Shown here: positions 40,627-54,093 of the stretch, one piece after another | Position numbering within the stretch: position 1 is the first letter of the stretch | How the letters are laid out: the number at the start of each line of letters is the position of its first letter | Assembly: GCA_964548405.1 (NCBI GenBank) | Contig: CAZJPW010000001.1 | Span: 4,054-68,053 of the forward strand | Origin: an uncultured Candidatus Saccharibacteria bacterium | Lineage (GTDB): Bacteria > Patescibacteriota > Minisyncoccia > Portnoybacterales > UBA2143 | Direction: 5' to 3' | Length of the DNA: 64,000 nucleotides | Translations under genes and position numbers: made by a program | Notes under the pieces: model-generated | Seen by the model: only the letters and a program-made list of their open reading frames with translations | Told to the model about the DNA's origin: nothing | Databases searched by the model: none

Positions 40627-41055
40627 TTAATCTGCTTTTGCTTTTGCTTTTAGGAAGCTTACCAGTTTTGTTTTGTCGTGGGACAAGACGAATATTCCGG
40701 CGACTTCCAGGGTAACCCGGGTCATTTGAGGCAAGACGTTTACTTTGTCTGCGTGAAAGTGTCCCTTTGATAAGAAATTTATCAAATAGAGGACCGCAGT
40801 GGTGATAAACCAGACACAGACGAAGAATTGATCCGGTCTTTTTGTTTGACTGGAGTTCAATAGCGCCTTCCGGTGTACTGTGTATGTGGACAGTGCCCCG
40901 ATATATAGTGCCTCGATGCCGGTAAGTGGATACCCTCCTTTAGTGAAAAATCTTATCATCATCATTCCTAGTGTAGCGAATGTAATGAATAGACAGATGG
41001 AACGGAGAGATTTATCCATCATATCTCCATTGGTTCTCTTTTCTTTCGTATCCAT
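40627..41055 (-). CDS. Hypothetical membrane protein
   Basis: 3-4 hydrophobic segments, AAGGAGG SD, TTGACA promoter upstream. Confidence 0.65.
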   Translation of the reverse strand: MDTKEKRTNGDMMDKSLRSICLFITFATLGMMMIRFFTKGGYPLTGIEALYIGALSTYTVHRKALLNSSQTKRPDQFFVCVWFITTAVLYLINFLSKGHFHADKVNVLPQMTRVTLEVAGIFVLSHDKTKLVSFLKAKAKAD

Positions 41056-41144
41056 CGTACTATCCTCCTTTTCGAGAGTTAAGAGCTAGTGGTATAATAA
41101 CATAAACTGTTGTTTTGTCAATATTTTAGGGAATATACAAGAAT

Positions 41145-41168
41145 AAAAATAGCCCGGATGGGCTATTT
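41145..41168 (-). terminator. Terminator of tRNA cluster
   Basis: AAATAGCCC-GGAT-GGGCTATTT with T tract on the minus strand. Confidence 0.7.
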
Positions 41169-41178
41169 AAAACATGTG

Positions 41179-41251
41179 CGGGGACGACCGGACTCGAACC
41201 GGCAACCTCATGCGTGACAAGCATGTGCTCGGCCAATTGAGCTACGCCCCC
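41179..41251 (-). tRNA. tRNA-Asp(GUC)
   Basis: Reverse complement: GGGGGCG acceptor, CATGC-TTGTCAC-GCATG, GGTTCGAGTCC. Confidence 0.95.
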
Positions 41252-41272
41252 GTGATATCTATTTAATTGTAG

Positions 41273-41346
41273 TAGCGAGGGTGAGACTCGAACTCACAAC
41301 CTCTGTCGTATGAAAACAGCGCTCTGACCAGTTGAGCTACCTCGCC
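41273..41346 (-). tRNA. tRNA with CAU anticodon (probably elongator Met)
   Basis: Reverse complement: GGCGAGG acceptor, CTGTT-TTCATAC-GACAG, GTTCGAGTC. Confidence 0.9.
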
Positions 41347-41350
41347 ATAA

Positions 41351-42031
41351 TTATTTTACATAATTTCTCATCTTCTCGATCATCCCATCCATTTGATACT
41401 TAAAAGTCGAGCTTTTTAATAATCTTACTGATATCGTCCCGTAATGGTTATTGAAATTTTTGTAAACTTTTTTGTTCTTTGCTTTTATTAAGACTGTTTT
41501 GCCAAATTGACTTTTTGGTATTCCTGTTGTTTTTGACCAATAATTTTCAACTTTTTTTAATCTTTTTTTGTGGATTTGATTGATTCCTATATGTAACTTA
41601 ATCTGATTTTTTTTGAATCCCCAGATTTCTTCAAACCAGTTAATCATAAATTTAACCATTTGTGGATCAGAGTTTCCTAACCTTACCATATTGTCTTTTT
41701 TGTCTCCTTCACCCCAATAAAGCGCCACTCCCGCAATCAATAAATCTCTTTTGCTTAATTTATTGATCTGTTTAGCTCCTATTTTATTAAGTTCTTCTAC
41801 TTTTTTTAAATATTTTTCTCTTTGTACCCTGGCACCTTTTAAACGTCCTTTATAGCTACCTTTTATTTTTCTTTCATCAAGTTTAGCTATTTGTCTCTTT
41901 GTAAGTTGGATATCTCTGCACCAAATACTAACAGTACTTTTTGATACTTTTAGTTTTTTAGCGATTTCTTTTATGCTTTCACCGTTTCTTCTTAGTTCTT
42001 GGGCTTTAATTTTCTCTTTAAATTTCGCCAT
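41351..42031 (-). CDS. HTH + LAGLIDADG-like (LYWGEG) basic protein inside tRNA cluster
   Basis: SIKEIAKKLKVSKSTVSIWC HTH; LYWGEG, NSDP, YWS, YGT motifs. Confidence 0.72.
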   Translation of the reverse strand: MAKFKEKIKAQELRRNGESIKEIAKKLKVSKSTVSIWCRDIQLTKRQIAKLDERKIKGSYKGRLKGARVQREKYLKKVEELNKIGAKQINKLSKRDLLIAGVALYWGEGDKKDNMVRLGNSDPQMVKFMINWFEEIWGFKKNQIKLHIGINQIHKKRLKKVENYWSKTTGIPKSQFGKTVLIKAKNKKVYKNFNNHYGTISVRLLKSSTFKYQMDGMIEKMRNYVK

Positions 42032-42114
42032 ATACAAACCTTCTATCATTAGATATACTACTATTATACAGGAGGTTCGGAAATATATCAATTATTCAAT
42101 TGTGGAAAACCTTG

Positions 42115-42185
42115 TTGCGCGGCCGGGAATCGCACCCGGGTCTTGAGGTTATGGGCCTCACGAGATACTGCTTCTCCACCGCGCA
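42115..42185 (-). tRNA. Initiator-type tRNA-Met(CAU), atypical
   Basis: Reverse complement: TGCGCGGTGGAGAAGCAGTATCTCGTGAGGCCCATAACCTCAAGACCCGGGTGCGATTCCCGGCCGCGCAA. Confidence 0.85.
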
Positions 42186-42278
42186 GAGCTAGTATACCTC
42201 ATAATTTTCCATATTGCAAGAGGATAAAAGGGTTGCTTCGAAGGGGTAAGTGTAGTAAAATGGAGATAAGATAAAGAT

Positions 42279-42665
42279 ATGAATTTACCGGTACGTTTAG
42301 CGGGATTAGTTTTTGCTATATTGTTAGCTGGAGGGTGTCTGGCGGCTATTTTACTTTACCTTGATCCCAATTCTTCCAATTTATTAGTCTTTATTCTATT
42401 ATACCTAAGCTTATTAATCAGTTCCGCTGGGATTTTTACCCTAATAGGTTTCTTTATTCGACGTATTTCTCGAAGGAAAAAAGCCCATTTGCCAACTAAA
42501 TTAGCTATTAATAATTTGGAAGTTTCTTTTCGTCAGGGTGTGCTCTTATCATTAATTCTGGTAATTGCTTTGATCTTACAGAGTCAGCGCGTTCTGGCCT
42601 GGTGGTATATATTAATTTTGGTAGCCTTAATCGGTTTAACAGAATGGTGGCTATCAAGAAGATAA
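42279..42665 (+). CDS. Hypothetical 4-TM membrane protein
   Basis: Four hydrophobic segments, SFRQG motif. Confidence 0.75.
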   Translation: MNLPVRLAGLVFAILLAGGCLAAILLYLDPNSSNLLVFILLYLSLLISSAGIFTLIGFFIRRISRRKKAHLPTKLAINNLEVSFRQGVLLSLILVIALILQSQRVLAWWYILILVALIGLTEWWLSRR

Positions 42666-42676
42666 TTTAAATATTT

Positions 42677-43644
42677 ATGCCTAATCAAATTAAACAAAAA
42701 GCTATTGAAGAGATAAATCAAGCTAATGATTTGAAAAAGCTTGAAGAGGTTTTTCGTATTTATCTTGGTCGCAAAGGCAAGTTGACTGAAGTTTTGCGTT
42801 CTTTGAAAGATATTTCAGAAAAAGAAAGAAAAGCTAAAGGCAAACTAGCTAATCAAATTAAACAAGAGCTTAGTCAGTTGATTGAGGAAAAAAGGAAGAA
42901 ACTGGCTGGGAGTAAGGTTATTAGTAAAGAATGGATTGATGTGACTGCGCCAGGCATTAAGGTACCTCAAGGTCATCTTCATCCAATTACTCTGGTTCAA
43001 AGAGAAATAGAAGAGATTTTTCAATCAATGGGTTTTTCAGTGCTTGATGGTCCTGAAGTAGAGACCGAATATTATAATTTCGACGCTTTGAATATTCCTA
43101 AAAACCATCCTGCTAGAGATTTATGGGATACTTTTTGGTTAAAGGATTTGGATTTACTTTTAAGGACCCATACTTCGCCTATGCAGGCACGCTATATGGA
43201 AAAGAATAATCCGCCTTTACGGATTGTTGTTCCAGGGCGATGTTTTCGTCACGAAGCCACAGATGCTACTCACGAAGCTCAGTTTTATCAGACAGAAGGA
43301 TTAATGGTTGGTAAAGATATTTCAGTTGCTAATTTCAAGGGCGTAATTGAAGGATTTTTAACTAGGTTTTTTGGCAAAGAAACGGAAATAAGGTTGAGGC
43401 CGAGTTATTATCCTTTTGTTGAGCCGGGTTTTGATATTGATGCAAGATTAAAAGGAGGAAAATGGCTGGAAATGATGGGAGCAGGCATGGTTCATCCTAA
43501 TGTTTTCAAAGAGGCAGGTTACACTAAAAAATGGCAGGGATTTGCCTTTGGAACTGGTATAGAAAGATTAGCCATGATTAAATATCAGATCGACAACATT
43601 AGACTATTTTATAAAAGTGATTTAAGGTTTTTAAAACAATTCTA

Positions 43645-43645
<1 letters not shown>
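42677..43645 (+). CDS. pheS: Phenylalanyl-tRNA synthetase alpha
   Basis: NFDALN, HPARD, LRTHTS, YPFVEP, GFAFG. Confidence 0.98.
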
Positions 43646-48773
<5,128 letters not shown>

Positions 48774-48774
48774 C

Positions 48775-48803
48775 TTGACAGTAGCATATAATTAGAATAA
48801 GAT
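48775..48803 (+). promoter_or_regulatory. Promoter for secE-nusG-rplK
   Basis: TTGACA, 17 bp, TAAGAT. Confidence 0.6.
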
Positions 48804-48838
48804 AGGGTAAATTGCCCTTGGGGGCTTTTTAAAATACG

Positions 48839-49039
48839 ATGAAAATATTAAATTTACCAGGAAAATTAATGATCTTTCTTAGGGAAGTCCGCATTGAATT
48901 AAAGCGGGTGACTTGGCCTACGCGTAAAGAAGCAACTAAGCATACTTTAATGGTTATTGGTTTTACTTTAGCTGTAGCAGCCTTTTTAGGCGGCCTAGAC
49001 TTCCTATTTTCATTTTTACTTAATAAGTTTGTAATATAA
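48839..49039 (+). CDS. secE: Preprotein translocase SecE
   Basis: ELKRVTWP, single TM. Confidence 0.95.
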   Translation: MKILNLPGKLMIFLREVRIELKRVTWPTRKEATKHTLMVIGFTLAVAAFLGGLDFLFSFLLNKFVI

Positions 49040-49040
49040 T

Positions 49041-49583
49041 ATGCCTAAGCAAATAAAACAGGGGAGAAATTGGTACGTTCTCCATACATATTCCGGATAT
49101 GAAGAAGCAGTGGCTCGAAACTTGAAGCAAAGAATTGAGTCAATGAATATGGAGGATAAGATTTTTAATGTTTTAGTCCCCACAGAAAAGAAAATTAAAA
49201 TAAAGAAGAGTAAGCGAGTGGTTGAAGAGGAAAAAATCTATCCTGGTTATGTTTTAGTTGAAATGGTTGTTACAGATGATTCTTGGTACGTAGTTAGGAA
49301 TACTCCTCGGGTAACTGGCTTTATTGGCGCTGGGACAGTACCAACCCCGATTGCCCCAGAAGAGATTAAATCTTTGCAAAAAAGAATGGGCGTCGAAGAG
49401 CCTGAGTATAAGATTGATTTAGTAGTTGGTGATCCAGTTAAGATCGTTGATGGACCCTTTAAAGATTTTGACGGTAAGGTTTCAGAAGTTGATGAGAAAA
49501 GGGGTAAGATTAAAGTATTAGTTTCTATGTTTGGTAGGGAAACTCCAGTAGAATTAGATTTTCTCCAGATTAAGAAATTGTAA
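49041..49583 (+). CDS. nusG: Transcription factor NusG
   Basis: WYVLHTYSGYE, YPGYV, FGRETPVEL. Confidence 0.98.
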   Translation: MPKQIKQGRNWYVLHTYSGYEEAVARNLKQRIESMNMEDKIFNVLVPTEKKIKIKKSKRVVEEEKIYPGYVLVEMVVTDDSWYVVRNTPRVTGFIGAGTVPTPIAPEEIKSLQKRMGVEEPEYKIDLVVGDPVKIVDGPFKDFDGKVSEVDEKRGKIKVLVSMFGRETPVELDFLQIKKL

Positions 49584-49586
49584 AAT

Positions 49587-50009
49587 ATGGCTAAACAAGT
49601 TAAAACAATCATTAAATTGCAGATTAAGGCCGGACAAGCTAATCCGTCTCCGCCTGTTGGTCCAGCTTTAGGTCAGCATGGTTTGAATATTCAAGATTTC
49701 TGCACTAAGTTTAATGACAAGACCAAAGAAATGAGTGGAGATATTATTCCTGTGGAAATCACGGTTTACGAAGACCGAACTTTTAATTTTAAGTTAAAGA
49801 CTCCGCCTGCCTCTGATTTATTAAAAAAGGCAGCCAGTATTGAAAAAGGTTCAGGTATTCCGCATAAGAAGAAAATGGGCAAGGTAACTAAAGATCAAAT
49901 TAAACAAATCGCTGAAAAGAAAATGCCTGATCTTAATGCCTATAACATTAAACAGGCCGAAAAGATAATTGAAGGCACTGCTCGAAGTATGGGTGTTGAG
50001 GTTAAGTAA
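49587..50009 (+). CDS. rplK: 50S ribosomal protein L11
   Basis: [16 protein letters not shown]. Confidence 0.98.
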   Translation: MAKQVKTIIKLQIKAGQANPSPPVGPALGQHGLNIQDFCTKFNDKTKEMSGDIIPVEITVYEDRTFNFKLKTPPASDLLKKAASIEKGSGIPHKKKMGKVTKDQIKQIAEKKMPDLNAYNIKQAEKIIEGTARSMGVEVK

Positions 50010-50030
50010 TAGAGATTGTTTTTTGATAAT

Positions 50031-50075
50031 ATAAAGACCCGTCCGATTTAGATTATCGAGCGGGTCTTTATTTTT
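50031..50075. terminator. Probable bidirectional terminator
   Basis: ATAAAGACCCG..CGGGTCTTTAT then T tract, between convergent genes. Confidence 0.75.
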
Positions 50076-50088
50076 ATGCTTTAATCTT

Positions 50089-50640
50089 TTAATTCAGTAG
50101 GCCCTTAAGATGAGCTCTACAGAATGCGGCGATTGTCGCTGTATCTGTAATTTGGTCGTCACTGATGAGAGCCGAGAGATAATTAGTGGAATATTGATGA
50201 ATTTCAAACATGTTTTCATCCAGAGGATCTGTTCTAGGATTAGGGATTTTTTTCACGTTTTTAGCCAAATAAATTCTTCCTTTGGCTTTAACACTAACTC
50301 CAATTTCTTTAATGAAGCCCAAGTCGGTCCATTCGTCTGACTTCAGATGAATTTCTTCTTCTAATTCTCGCTTAGCGGCCTCAAGTGGGGTTTCGTTCAG
50401 ATCGACTACGCCACCAGGAAATTCGATGGTGAATTTTCCGATTGGGTAGCGATGGCTTCCTACCGTCCAGATTTTTCCATCTGAATCAATAGGGATAATC
50501 ATAACAAAGGGGCGTCTCATCTTAATCCATGTATAGAGGCGTTTTTCACCTCCGGGTGACAGTACTGTGTCCTCTATTACTTGGAAGAATGGAAAATCAT
50601 GAATTTTCTTTGTTTCAACTTTCGTCCAAGGCTTTATCAT
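50089..50640 (-). CDS. NUDIX hydrolase (ADP-ribose pyrophosphatase-like)
   Basis: EFPGGVVDLNETPLEAAKRELEEE; AAGGAGG SD. Confidence 0.9.
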   Translation of the reverse strand: MIKPWTKVETKKIHDFPFFQVIEDTVLSPGGEKRLYTWIKMRRPFVMIIPIDSDGKIWTVGSHRYPIGKFTIEFPGGVVDLNETPLEAAKRELEEEIHLKSDEWTDLGFIKEIGVSVKAKGRIYLAKNVKKIPNPRTDPLDENMFEIHQYSTNYLSALISDDQITDTATIAAFCRAHLKGLLN

Positions 50641-50772
50641 TTTGGTCCTCCTTCTGGTTTGGGGTTAAAGAGCTTCAGATAATTAATGAAATACTAACCT
50701 CTATTTACAAATTTGTCAAAAAACTTTACTTTTATAACGTTTTGTTATAGAATAACTAAAATATCTAAAAAT

Positions 50773-51303
50773 ATGAGGAAGATTGCTAATCAAAAGAAGA
50801 TTATTGACTATAAAGAATTAAGTAAAATAGTCGAAGCCTATAGAATTTTAGGGAAAAGAGTTGTCTGTACTATAGGTTCTTGGGATATGTTGCATATTGG
50901 TCATTTACGCTATTTAAATAGAGCTAAGAGTTTAGGTGACGTTTTAATAGTCGGAGTTGATAGCGATAGGGCAATTAGGATTTACAAAAATAGTTCAATA
51001 AGACCGATAATTCCAGAAAATGAAAGGATGGAAATGTTAGGCTATCAGGAGTTTATAGACTATGTTACTTTAGTGGATGATGTTGATGATAAAGGTAATT
51101 GGAAATTAGGACTTGTTAAGAAGGTTAATCCTGATATTTTTGTTGCGGTGGCAGACGAGAGCTATTCAGATCAACAAAAGAAAGATATAGCTAAGCTTTG
51201 CGGTAAATTACATATTTTACCCCGGCAGGCTAGAAAGACTTCAAACACTAATATAGTGGAGGAAGTTTTCAAGAAGAAGATAGAACATCTTTTAAATAAA
51301 TGA
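50773..51303 (+). CDS. Cytidylyltransferase-family nucleotidyltransferase (TagD/RfaE/RibL-like)
   Basis: GSWDMLHIGH HIGH motif, LIVGVDSD, RPI..ER. Confidence 0.88.
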   Translation: MRKIANQKKIIDYKELSKIVEAYRILGKRVVCTIGSWDMLHIGHLRYLNRAKSLGDVLIVGVDSDRAIRIYKNSSIRPIIPENERMEMLGYQEFIDYVTLVDDVDDKGNWKLGLVKKVNPDIFVAVADESYSDQQKKDIAKLCGKLHILPRQARKTSNTNIVEEVFKKKIEHLLNK

Positions 51304-51743
51304 CGAAAAAGGTAGTCAATTTAAAATATGCTAAAACAAAAGACTATGGCAATGTTTTAAAGACTATAGATGGTATAAATAAGTGTCCCTTTTGTAAAGA
51401 AAATTTTAAATATCATAGGAAACCAGTAATTAGAAAAGAAAAAAGTTGGTTTTTAACAGAAAATACCTGGCCTTATAAGAATTCTCAATATCATTTCATA
51501 ATTATTTCAGAAAAGCACAAAGAAGAATTTAATCAATTAACTCAAACCGATTTTAGGACTGTTTCTAAATTGGTAAACTGGGCCATCAAAAAATATAGAA
51601 TTAAGGGTGGTGGATTAACAATGAGATTTGGCAATTCTAATTATACTGGGGCTACAGTTCATCATATTCATTTTCATCTAATTGTTCCAAAATTTAATAA
51701 GAAAAAGAAAGAGGTAGATCCAGTATATTTTCCCATTGGTTAA
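51300..51743 (+). CDS. HIT family hydrolase
   Basis: CPFC, TVHHIHFHLIVP histidine triad. Confidence 0.85.
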   Translation: MTKKVVNLKYAKTKDYGNVLKTIDGINKCPFCKENFKYHRKPVIRKEKSWFLTENTWPYKNSQYHFIIISEKHKEEFNQLTQTDFRTVSKLVNWAIKKYRIKGGGLTMRFGNSNYTGATVHHIHFHLIVPKFNKKKKEVDPVYFPIG

Positions 51744-51744
51744 A

Positions 51745-52626
51745 ATGAAAAATCTAGATAATAAAAATATTTTAGTCATTGCTGAGTTACCAGTTATTCA
51801 CAAAGGATATCTAGAGGCTTTTTTAAAAATAAAGAAAGATAATCCCAAAACCCATTTCTATATGGGTTTTTTAGGTAATAGAATCATTAAAGAATTAACT
51901 AAGTTGGAATCTGATATTAGGAAAATTTCTTTTGAGGATTCTAAAAAAATATTAGACTGTTATTTACCAATTAAGAAATGTTTTTTGGTAACTAGAGATA
52001 GTTTTTCCAAGATTAATAAAAGTGTAAAATTTAACAAAATTATAGTTTTTCGAGGAGAAAAAAGTGAACAATTCGCTAAGAAAATATTAAAAGAGAATAA
52101 ATATAAAAAGTTGACTAAGTTTTATGATATAAGGTTGAGGTGGGAGGATGATAAAGTGGCTGAATTCAGAAAAAATAAGAGTAAAATTTTAAAACCAGAA
52201 TTGGAAATTCATAAAAAGTTTATCAAAAAAGCTTTTAGAGAGATAGAAAAATCTAAATGTTGGTGGCGTCAAGTAGGAGCAATTTTAGTTAAAAACAAAA
52301 AAGTTATTTTTACCGCTTTTAATGAAATGATGCCAACTGATGACGAGTGCTATAAGATTGGATGTATTAGAGATCATATCAAGCCTGGAGAAAAGTCAGA
52401 AGTGTGTAGTGTTTCTCATGCTGAGGCATCTATTGTAGCTAGAGCGGCTAACCAAGGCATTTCTTTGAAAAGAACTACTCTTTACGTAACTCATTTTCCT
52501 TGTCCGGCTTGCGCTAAGTTAATCGCCTTATCAGGTATAAAAACAGTTGTTTATACCCGGGGTTCATCTGTTTTTGATGGGGCCCGAGTGATGAAAGATA
52601 ACGGTATTAAATTGATAAAAATTTAA
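51745..52626 (+). CDS. dCMP deaminase-like protein with N-terminal extra domain
   Basis: SKCWWRQVGA, HAE, PCPACAK. Confidence 0.85.
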   Translation: MKNLDNKNILVIAELPVIHKGYLEAFLKIKKDNPKTHFYMGFLGNRIIKELTKLESDIRKISFEDSKKILDCYLPIKKCFLVTRDSFSKINKSVKFNKIIVFRGEKSEQFAKKILKENKYKKLTKFYDIRLRWEDDKVAEFRKNKSKILKPELEIHKKFIKKAFREIEKSKCWWRQVGAILVKNKKVIFTAFNEMMPTDDECYKIGCIRDHIKPGEKSEVCSVSHAEASIVARAANQGISLKRTTLYVTHFPCPACAKLIALSGIKTVVYTRGSSVFDGARVMKDNGIKLIKI

Positions 52627-52631
52627 ATAAT

Positions 52632-54089
52632 ATGAGTAGAAAGAATTGGCCAATCTATTTTAAAGACAATTTAGTTTTAGGAAATCCCAAAAGCGAAATT
52701 GGTATAGTTACTCTTTGGACGCCAACTAAAAAAATTACCGATAAGATTGATAAGAATCTTTTTTGTGTTGCTGGTCAACTTTATTCCAAAGAAGGAATAA
52801 ACTATATCATTCGAAATATCCTAGCTAATCCTTTAATTAGATATTTATTAATTTGTGGTAACGATCTTTCTGGAAGTGGTCAGGCTTTAATTGATTTCTT
52901 TAAAAAAGGTATTGATCAAGATCATAATATTGTAAATATTCCTTATGCTCCCATTGATAAGGAGATTCCTTTAAGAAGTGTGAATATTTTCAGAAAAGGG
53001 GTAAAAATCAATAATTCTATTGGTCTTAGTGATTGTCAGGAAATAACTAAGAAAATTAGGAGATATAGGTCGATTGGTCAAGCATTTGCTAAAGCTAGAG
53101 TTTTTGATTTAACCAAAACAGAAGAGGAAAACTATCTTCCAAGCGACCAATCAGTTTTTAAAATTACTAATCAGCATATTGGTCAGGTTTGGTTGGATAT
53201 TTTAAAAATAATTTGGCGTTTTGGCAGAATTAGAGAGTCTTTTTATGGAAATCCAGTTAGAGAAGTTTTTAATATCGCTGCTGTAATTACCAAAGAAGAT
53301 TCTTTTAAGCCTAAGATTTATCCATATTTTTCTATTACTAAGAAAGAAATTGAGAAATATTGCCAGGCTATCATGACTGATAAAAAGGGTAATGAAATAT
53401 ATACTTACGGAGAACGGTTATGGGGGTATAAGGGTATTAATCAAATAAAAGAAGTAATAATTCCTTTTTTAAAGCAGTATCCGACTGACCGGGCAGCTGT
53501 AGCGGTGACCTTTGATTTAGCTAATGATCATAAAGCGGAAAGGTCTCCTTGTATGTGTTTGGTTCAGGCTACCAATTTGGATAACAAACTTAATTTTACA
53601 GCATACTTTAGAAGTCATGATATATTTTCTGGCTGGATTCTTAATGCTTTTGGACTAAGGCGCGTTCAGGATTATGTTGCCAAGAAGTTAAAGTTAGAAA
53701 TGGGTACTTTGACGATTTTTTCTAACTGTGCCCATGTTTATGATAATCAATGGAAATCAATTAAAGCTATCGTTAAGAAGTATAAAGATATGCCAAATTG
53801 TGCCTTGGATCCTCGAGGCTATTTTATAATCAATATTAAAAATAAGGAAATAATAGCTAAATTATACTCTCCAGAGGGTTTGTTTTTAGAGGAATTTCGT
53901 CAAGATGGAACTAGAAGTAAATCAGCAATGGTTTTGTATCAAAAGTTAGTTAATTCTAATGCAGTATCTCTTGTTGCTCATGCTTTTGATCTAGGAGCAG
54001 AGTTGCAAAAAGCTGAGACGGCTATTAAGTTAAATATTCCTTATCAACAAGATAAGCCTTTGAAATTTTCCAAAACTGATATAAGATAA
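52632..54089 (+). CDS. MtrA-like / thymidylate synthase / DUF4346-like fusion
   Basis: LGNPKS..TLWT, NILANPLIRYLLICG (MtrA-like); YTYGERL, SPCM, FRSHD, AHVY (ThyA); DPRGYF..HAFDLGAELQKAE..YQQD (DUF4346-like). Confidence 0.8.
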   Translation: MSRKNWPIYFKDNLVLGNPKSEIGIVTLWTPTKKITDKIDKNLFCVAGQLYSKEGINYIIRNILANPLIRYLLICGNDLSGSGQALIDFFKKGIDQDHNIVNIPYAPIDKEIPLRSVNIFRKGVKINNSIGLSDCQEITKKIRRYRSIGQAFAKARVFDLTKTEEENYLPSDQSVFKITNQHIGQVWLDILKIIWRFGRIRESFYGNPVREVFNIAAVITKEDSFKPKIYPYFSITKKEIEKYCQAIMTDKKGNEIYTYGERLWGYKGINQIKEVIIPFLKQYPTDRAAVAVTFDLANDHKAERSPCMCLVQATNLDNKLNFTAYFRSHDIFSGWILNAFGLRRVQDYVAKKLKLEMGTLTIFSNCAHVYDNQWKSIKAIVKKYKDMPNCALDPRGYFIINIKNKEIIAKLYSPEGLFLEEFRQDGTRSKSAMVLYQKLVNSNAVSLVAHAFDLGAELQKAETAIKLNIPYQQDKPLKFSKTDIR

Positions 54090-54093
54090 ATAT

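Noticed and set aside
41179-42185. tRNA introns
   Set aside because: All three tRNAs fold as uninterrupted cloverleaves; the LYWGEG gene lies between, not within, tRNAs
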